Positions 58,231 through 64,000 of a stretch of DNA of 64,000 nt are shown here, one piece after another; positions within the stretch are counted from its first letter, which is position 1, and the number at the start of each line of letters is the position of its first letter. Made by a program: the position numbers and the translations under genes. Origin of the DNA: Candidatus Micrarchaeota archaeon (GTDB taxonomy: Archaea > Micrarchaeota > Micrarchaeia > Anstonellales > Bilamarchaeaceae); assembly GCA_040758235.1 (NCBI GenBank), contig JBFLVW010000059.1:81-64080 (forward strand), written 5' to 3'. The notes below the pieces were generated by a model that ran no database searches, was not told where the DNA came from, and saw only the letters and a list, made by a program, of their open reading frames with translations.

Positions 58231-59184
58231 GTGTCTTCTCTTGAGTGCAGGTTCTTCGGCAGGAAAATCAAGAACCCGGTAATCCTCGCATCAGGCATCC
58301 TGGGGATGACGAAGGCCGCCCTTGAAACCGCCTGCGAAAACGGGTGCGGGGGCGTGATAGCGAAATCCCTCACGCTCGAGCCGCGCAAGGGCCACGAGGG
58401 CCCGAACATCGTGGAGACCGAGTGCGGGATGCTGAACGCGATGGGCTACCCCAATCCAGGCATCTCGCTCGGCCTCGCTGAGTTCGGCGGGTGGGCGCGC
58501 CCCGAGGCGCTGGTTATAAGCATCGTGGGAAAGGACGCGAAGGAGTTCGGGCTTCTCGCTGAAAAAGTCGAGGCGGCGAAGGGGAGCCTCGGCGCAAGCG
58601 CGCTCGAGGCGGTGATTTCCTGCCCGCACACGCCGGGCTACGGCACAATGGCAGGGCAGGGGACTCCAGAAAGCGTCGGCGAGATAACACGTGCGATAAA
58701 GGAAAAGACCGGGCTTCCCCTCATCATCAAGCTTTCCCCCTCGGTCCCGGGAGAGGGGAAGGCGGCGGAAGCCGCTGAGGAGGCCGGCGCGTCCGCGATA
58801 AACATGGGGAACTCGCTCGGGCCGGGAATGAAGATTGACATCGCGAGGAAGAAGCCCGTTTTGGGGTTCGGCGTGGGGGGGCTTACGGGCCCGGCAATCA
58901 AGCCGGTCATCGTCCGCGCGGTATATGATATATACAAGAGCGTGGAAATCCCGATAATAGGGACGGGCGGGATAACGACCGGGGAGGACGCGATAGAGAT
59001 GATGATGGCCGGGGCGAGCTGGGCGAGCGTCGGGACGGCCGCTTATTTCAGGGGGCCGCGCGCCTTCGCGGAGATTGCCGGAGAGATGGAAGCCTGGATG
59101 AGGGAGAACGGATACTCCAAAGTGAACGAAATCATCGGTGTGGCGCATGAAAAGGTTCGGGACCATAAATCCGATATTTACTAG
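58231..59184 (+). CDS. pyrD: Dihydroorotate dehydrogenase B, catalytic subunit
   Basis: NPVILASG, MLNAMGYPNPG, ISCPH, KLSP, GGLTGPAIKP, IIGTGGI. Confidence 0.95.
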   Translation: MSSLECRFFGRKIKNPVILASGILGMTKAALETACENGCGGVIAKSLTLEPRKGHEGPNIVETECGMLNAMGYPNPGISLGLAEFGGWARPEALVISIVGKDAKEFGLLAEKVEAAKGSLGASALEAVISCPHTPGYGTMAGQGTPESVGEITRAIKEKTGLPLIIKLSPSVPGEGKAAEAAEEAGASAINMGNSLGPGMKIDIARKKPVLGFGVGGLTGPAIKPVIVRAVYDIYKSVEIPIIGTGGITTGEDAIEMMMAGASWASVGTAAYFRGPRAFAEIAGEMEAWMRENGYSKVNEIIGVAHEKVRDHKSDIY

Positions 59185-59947
59185 CCGCGTGAAGAAGGTC
59201 ATAGCGGAGAACTACCGCGTGAAGACGATAGAGGTAGGCCGCGACATGGAGAAGGCCCTGCCCGGCCAGTTCCTTATGGTGTGGGTTCCGGGGGCCGGCG
59301 AGCGGCCGATGAGCATAGGAAACGGAAGCCCGCTCACGATATCCGTCGCGGACGTGGGGAAGGTCTCTTCTGAAATCTGCAGGCTGAAGGAAGGGGACCT
59401 GATATCCTACCGCGGCCCGTTCGGAAAGCCGTTCATGATACCCGAGGGGGCGAAGCGCATACTCTGCGTAGGCGGGGGATACGGAGTCGTCCCCATGTAT
59501 TTCCTCTCCAAGGTCGCGAAAGAGAACGGAATCGAATCCCTCGCGGTCATAGGGGGACGGAGCGAGCGGGACATAATCTGGGAAAAGCAGCTTTTTTTGG
59601 TGTGCAAAGAGGTATTCATAACCACCGACGACGGCTCGCGGGGCAAGAAAGGCACCGTGATGGTGGAGGCTCAATGGCTCATCGAGAGCAGGAAGGTCGA
59701 TTGCGTGTATGCGTGCGGCCCGGAAAAAATGATGGAGGCGCTCGCGAAGCTCTGCAGGCAGCATTCGGTGCCCTGCCAGGTCAGCGTGGAGAGATACATG
59801 AAATGCGGCATGGGCGTATGCGGCTCGTGCGACATCAGCGGGAAATTCGCCTGCATAGACGGCCCGGTCATGAGCGGCGAGGAGGCGCTTTCGCTTCCTG
59901 ATTTCGGAAAGGCGCACAGGGACGCGGCGGGAGTGCTGCATCGCTAG
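59147..59947 (+). CDS. pyrK: Dihydroorotate dehydrogenase electron transfer subunit
   Basis: PGQFLM, RGPFG, GGGYG, CGPEKMM and 2Fe-2S motif CGMGVCGSC...CIDGPV. Confidence 0.95.
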   Translation: MKRFGTINPIFTSRVKKVIAENYRVKTIEVGRDMEKALPGQFLMVWVPGAGERPMSIGNGSPLTISVADVGKVSSEICRLKEGDLISYRGPFGKPFMIPEGAKRILCVGGGYGVVPMYFLSKVAKENGIESLAVIGGRSERDIIWEKQLFLVCKEVFITTDDGSRGKKGTVMVEAQWLIESRKVDCVYACGPEKMMEALAKLCRQHSVPCQVSVERYMKCGMGVCGSCDISGKFACIDGPVMSGEEALSLPDFGKAHRDAAGVLHR

Positions 59948-59959
59948 GAAAGGGAGAAT

Positions 59960-60880
59960 ATGGAACTCGTCCACTCTGACGGATACAGGATGTACAGCGC
60001 ACGGGACGGCAGGATTCCGGAAAAGACGTTCATAATCTGCTCGGAGCACTCCTCCGGGATACTTTTCCGGCCCCATATAGCCGGGAAAGAGCTTCTCGAC
60101 CGCACGGAGAAAATGGCCGAAATTTTCATGGACGCCCTCGGCCGCGAGGTCCTGAAGGGCAGCAGGACCGAAGATTTGACCGAGCTCGTATTCCTCGCAG
60201 GCGGTCTTTATTACCAGCTCAACAGCGGCTTCCGCAGGAGGTTCGGTATGGCCCTCCCCCAGTGCTTTTTGGGGATAAAGCGCCAGAGAGTGGAGGGAAG
60301 CGAGGGGGAGTTCACCGCGGTAGCGACATACGAGAATTTCGAGTCCCTTCCCGACAACGGGACCGTGATAATCGGGGACACGATTGCGACCGGCGCCACG
60401 CTCCAGAAGGGGATATACCATCTGCTCGACGCACTCGCAACGAAAAAATACCGGCTGAAGAACCTCGTGATATGCTCGCTCGCATGCTCGATAGACGGGG
60501 CTGTGCTGCTGAAGGAGGTGGAAACGCGCGTCCGCGCCGAGCATACTGGCGCGAACGTCTGGCTTTTCGTGGCGGAAGAGCTGTTCCACCTCATGCCGGA
60601 CGGCACGGACCTGAGGTTCCTGTATGAGGACGCCCTCATGCCGAACGAGACGCGCAAGAGGATAATGGACACCTATGGCGAGTACCTGGGAAAAGAGATG
60701 AAGTGCGCGGTCTTCGACTGGGGGACGCGCTGCAAGAACCCGCTCCGGCACTTCGCGGAGTTCATGGAGTTCGTCCATGAGATGAAAAAGAGGGAGCTGG
60801 ACCCGAAAAGCTCCGGGGTCCTCTCCGGCATGGAGAGCGAGACCAAAAAAATGATTGCGGAGTTCAGCAGGCCTCTTTGA
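59960..60880 (+). CDS. Type I phosphoribosyltransferase-like protein (possibly uracil PRT-like)
   Basis: PRPP-loop-like VIIGDTIATGATL, directly after pyrD-pyrK. Confidence 0.65.
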   Translation: MELVHSDGYRMYSARDGRIPEKTFIICSEHSSGILFRPHIAGKELLDRTEKMAEIFMDALGREVLKGSRTEDLTELVFLAGGLYYQLNSGFRRRFGMALPQCFLGIKRQRVEGSEGEFTAVATYENFESLPDNGTVIIGDTIATGATLQKGIYHLLDALATKKYRLKNLVICSLACSIDGAVLLKEVETRVRAEHTGANVWLFVAEELFHLMPDGTDLRFLYEDALMPNETRKRIMDTYGEYLGKEMKCAVFDWGTRCKNPLRHFAEFMEFVHEMKKRELDPKSSGVLSGMESETKKMIAEFSRPL

Positions 60881-60883
60881 GCC

Positions 60884-61606
60884 TTACGGCAAAAAGCTCA
60901 CATCGCACCCGCACAGCCTTTCCGAAACGACTGAAAGGATGCGCTCCGCTTCGTATCTGCTTATCCCGTGCGGGATTATCCGGCGTATGCTCTCGCCGCC
61001 GAACTCCCGTATCACCGCTTCCTGGAACCCGGCCGAATCCGCGGTGAAGATGTATCCCCCTACGACGACGTCCCTTGCGGCGCGGCAGAATACGCGCGTG
61101 AGGTCGGTCCGGGCCTGCGGCGAGGTTATCGCGCCGCAGCCAAGCAGGCGGTAGGCCATCAGGCCCTTCTCGATTCGCGAATCGATCTTCGCTCCTGACA
61201 GCATACTGGCGCTGCCGCCGTCCTGGGCCCCCTCGATATGCCTGTCGATGCTGTCCATCGCATCGCGGAACCGCTCCACGAAAAAACTGCACAGCTTTTC
61301 CTGAGTGTCGTCCGGAATCGGGTTCGGGGAAGCTGAAGAGCGGTATGGCGTTTCGGGCATGGAGGGCGGCTCTTCCCCCGATGAGAGCGCAAAAATCATC
61401 CGGGCTATTTCCACGCACCCGCAAGTGGGGGATTGCGCGATTTCGAGAGCATATGCGATGCGCCGCTCCCGGGGAAGGCCTTCCCGCTCGAAACCGTCCC
61501 TTGCGAGGCTGACCATGGGCTCGCCGTTCGGGATTCCCCTCATGAAAGCGCGGGCGCGCTCGCCCATCGGATAAGCACTGGCTTCCCTTTGCCTTCCGGT
61601 AGTCAT
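60884..61606 (-). CDS. Hypothetical protein (Arg-rich, Lys-poor)
   Basis: ORF with a TTTTTAAA promoter-like motif upstream. No known motif. Confidence 0.6.
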   Translation of the reverse strand: MTTGRQREASAYPMGERARAFMRGIPNGEPMVSLARDGFEREGLPRERRIAYALEIAQSPTCGCVEIARMIFALSSGEEPPSMPETPYRSSASPNPIPDDTQEKLCSFFVERFRDAMDSIDRHIEGAQDGGSASMLSGAKIDSRIEKGLMAYRLLGCGAITSPQARTDLTRVFCRAARDVVVGGYIFTADSAGFQEAVIREFGGESIRRIIPHGISRYEAERILSVVSERLCGCDVSFLP

Positions 61607-61650
61607 TCAAAAGATTATAGCTATTACCACTTTAAAAAAATATGCCGGAA

Positions 61651-62754
61651 TCATTCCCTCTGGTCGGCCTGTGAAATCGAAAGCGCGATGTCTGCCAGGG
61701 CGCGGGCGGCTATTTCGACCGCGTTGGACTCCGCTCTCGCCGCAACCCGTTTCTCCTGCTGCGTCTCCGCGAACGATTTTCCGGGAATCGCCCCGATGGC
61801 CGCTGAAACCAGCCCGCTGTGGACCGGGACGCCCGCTTTCCTGAACTCCCCGGCAAGGACGTCGATCACGGGTTCCTCCATCTCGGTGCTGATGACGCCG
61901 TAGGTGTCCCTCAGCATGGCGAAGCCCTCTTCGCCAATCTCGGCGTAGAGCGAATCCTTCGAGAAGTTCGGACCGACGAAGTTCCGCAGGTCCATGGCAT
62001 CGGCGGCTTCCTGGAGCCGCAGGACGGTTCGCGTGGAGCATGAAGTCGCGAGGCTCTGGGCATCGTGGCTCAGGCGGAGCGAGCCGTACTGGGAAATCAT
62101 TTTCCGGAGCAGGTCGGCTTTCTCGGCTATGTTGATGCCGGTGTAGTTCAGGGACTGCATAGTGGATTGTATCAGCGCCCCTATCGAGCCGTAGCTCTCC
62201 GTCGCGATGAGGATGTCTCCTATCCCTATCCGCACTTCGCCCGGCGCGAAGCTGTTCACGCCCGCGCACGTTCCGGCCCGGATGACGTAGGCGGCATCGC
62301 TCCTGACGAATTTTCCCTTCAGCTGGTAGCCGTCGTGCCTCGCATAATACAGCGCTTCCTTGAGGTTTATCTGCGTGGCGGAGCAGCCCATCTGAGTTTC
62401 GACGACGGCGAGGGGGACGTCCAGCCCGGCCAGGCGGTATTTCCCGACAAGCATCGCCACGCGCCCGTACGCCCCGAGGCCGAACTTGCTTCGTGCCGAT
62501 TCGTCTATCATGACCGGGTTCTCGAGCTCGAGCAGCTCCCTGGCCTTCATCACGCGCACCCTGCTCCCGACCGCGATTATGAAAGGCGGCAGCATGCCGT
62601 TGTTCTCGCGCAGGTAGGGGATGTCCTTCCATTTCCCCAGTTCGTGGAGGTGGCCGACCGCCGTGTGCGAGCCGAGCGGCTTCACGGCGCCGCGCGCCTT
62701 GAGGATTTCGTTTTCACGGCTTCCGTTCTCCTTCGGTCCGCATCTTCCCGCCAT
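61651..62754 (-). CDS. Nucleoside phosphorylase (uridine phosphorylase/PNP_UDP_1-like)
   Basis: ETQMGCSAT, IRAGTCAG, IGDILIA, STEME motifs. Confidence 0.8.
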   Translation of the reverse strand: MAGRCGPKENGSRENEILKARGAVKPLGSHTAVGHLHELGKWKDIPYLRENNGMLPPFIIAVGSRVRVMKARELLELENPVMIDESARSKFGLGAYGRVAMLVGKYRLAGLDVPLAVVETQMGCSATQINLKEALYYARHDGYQLKGKFVRSDAAYVIRAGTCAGVNSFAPGEVRIGIGDILIATESYGSIGALIQSTMQSLNYTGINIAEKADLLRKMISQYGSLRLSHDAQSLATSCSTRTVLRLQEAADAMDLRNFVGPNFSKDSLYAEIGEEGFAMLRDTYGVISTEMEEPVIDVLAGEFRKAGVPVHSGLVSAAIGAIPGKSFAETQQEKRVAARAESNAVEIAARALADIALSISQADQRE

Positions 62755-62851
62755 AGAATCAGCCGGGGGTATATTGTGTCCAACCTTTAAGTAATGTGTG
62801 TTACTAAAAAAATAGTAGCTACTTATTTATAGGTAGAGCACTAATCTGGTT

Positions 62852-63508
62852 ATGGAATACGATATGGGCACTATTGATAATGCCGTCTCGGCGCTGAAAA
62901 AGGGCCGGATGGTCGTAGTCTACGACGGCGACGAGCGGGAGGGAGAGGCAGACCTGGTTCTTTCCGCGCGGTTCGCGACTCCGGAAGCCGTCGCGAGGAT
63001 GAGGAAGGACGCGGGCGGCCTGCTCTGCGCCGCGATGATGAAGGAGGACGCGGAGCGCATCGGCCTGCCATTCTTCACCGACCTGCTGGAAGCAGGGGAC
63101 GTCCGCCTGCGGGAGATAAGCTGCAGGACGACGGCATATGGCGACAAGCCGGCTTTTTCCCTGCCCGTCAACCACTGCCGCGTGTATACCGGCATCACGG
63201 ACAACGACAGGTCGCTGACCATCAGGATGCTGGACGAGGTCGTCCGGGAGAGGATAGGGGATTTCAGGAAGGAGTTCTATTCGCCCGGCCATGTGTTCCT
63301 GCTCATCGGGCGCGGACTCGCGAACAGGCGGGGGCACACCGAGCTCGCGCTTGAGCTTGCAGGGAGGGCGGGCCTCGGCGGCGCGGTCGCGCTCTGCGAG
63401 ATGCTGGGGAGGGGAAACGCCCTTTCGAAAAGGATGGCGCAGGCGTATGCAAAAAGGAACGGGCTGGTTTTCATCGAGGGCAAGGACATTGCAGGTGGGC
63501 GGGCATGA
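62852..63508 (+). CDS. ribB: 3,4-dihydroxy-2-butanone 4-phosphate synthase (archaeal type)
   Basis: YDGDEREGEADL, TGITDNDRSLT, SPGHV, RRGHTE, CEM. Confidence 0.95.
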   Translation: MEYDMGTIDNAVSALKKGRMVVVYDGDEREGEADLVLSARFATPEAVARMRKDAGGLLCAAMMKEDAERIGLPFFTDLLEAGDVRLREISCRTTAYGDKPAFSLPVNHCRVYTGITDNDRSLTIRMLDEVVRERIGDFRKEFYSPGHVFLLIGRGLANRRGHTELALELAGRAGLGGAVALCEMLGRGNALSKRMAQAYAKRNGLVFIEGKDIAGGRA

Positions 63509-64000
63509 AGGTAGGGATAGTCGACACGACATTCGCAAGGATGGACATGGGCGCGATTGCCCTCGACGAGCTGAAGATGCTCGGCCATGCGGAAGTAGAG
63601 CGGAGGACCGTTCCGGGAATAAAGGACCTCGCCGTAGAGTGCCTCCGGATGCTGGGGGCCGGAGACGGGATGCAGGGTGCAGGATGCGACATAGTACTGG
63701 CCCTCGGAATGGTCGGGGGCGCGCCCATAGACGCCCAGTGCGCCCACGAAGCCTCATTGGGGATACAGCAGGCCAAGCTTCAGAGCGGGAAGCACATCAT
63801 TGAGGTTTTCGTCCATGAAAGGGAAGGCTGGAGCACGGAGGAGTTCAGGAGCATCTGCGAGAGCAGGGTCAGGAAGCACGCCCGGAACGCCTTCCAGATG
63901 GCCGGGGAGCCGGGAGCGCTTGTCCGGAATGCAGGCAGGGGAATCCGGCAGGGGAAGGAAGACGAGGGGCCGAGGACGGGAACGGAGGGAATCACGCTCG
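63505..64000 (+). CDS. ribC: Archaeal riboflavin synthase, open at the window end
   Basis: Manual translation: MKVGIVDTTFARMDMG...TVPGIKDL...AHEASLG...HIIEVFVHE...GIRQGKEDEGP. ATGA overlap with ribB, no stop before 64000. Confidence 0.92.
   Translation, partial: MKVGIVDTTFARMDMGAIALDELKMLGHAEVERRTVPGIKDLAVECLRMLGAGDGMQGAGCDIVLALGMVGGAPIDAQCAHEASLGIQQAKLQSGKHIIEVFVHEREGWSTEEFRSICESRVRKHARNAFQMAGEPGALVRNAGRGIRQGKEDEGPRTGTEGITL
63647..63688 (+). repeat. Degenerate 7-nt tandem repeat (six units) in frame within ribC
   Basis: ggatgct gggggcc ggagacg ggatgca gggtgca ggatgcg. Confidence 0.7.

Overview
GC-rich, gene-dense archaeal chromosome segment. Archaeal markers are PolB, Pus10, GGGP synthase with geranylgeranyl reductase, class I CCA enzyme, GatDE, AglB and archaeal-type RibC. 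These markers, together with bacterial-type gyrase (gyrBA), short intergenic spacers and many orphan ORFs, suggest a DPANN archaeon, most likely Micrarchaeota (inference, no database search). Housekeeping genes cover replication, tRNA maturation, lipid, purine, pyrimidine and riboflavin synthesis, and cell division (FtsZ). No tRNA, rRNA, CRISPR array or intact transposase was recognised. Main points of interest: (1) a CedA/VirB6-like membrane protein, a VirB4-N-like protein and a VirB4/HerA ATPase that together resemble a Ced/Ted/T4SS-like transfer machine; (2) two proteins of about 300 aa with no lysine at all and Arg-rich C-termini, possible exported effectors; (3) an orphan IS200/IS605 right-end (TnpB omegaRNA-like) element with a candidate TATA box; (4) a dispersed GGA(T/A/G)GC(C/G/A)-type heptamer repeat family inserted in frame into core genes; (5) a triple Xis/BldC-like HTH protein with upstream direct repeats; (6) a Met-rich thioredoxin/CcdA/DipZ redox cluster; (7) a DtxR-MCO-ZIP-cupredoxin-Nramp metal operon; (8) a four-member CDW-motif surface protein array.
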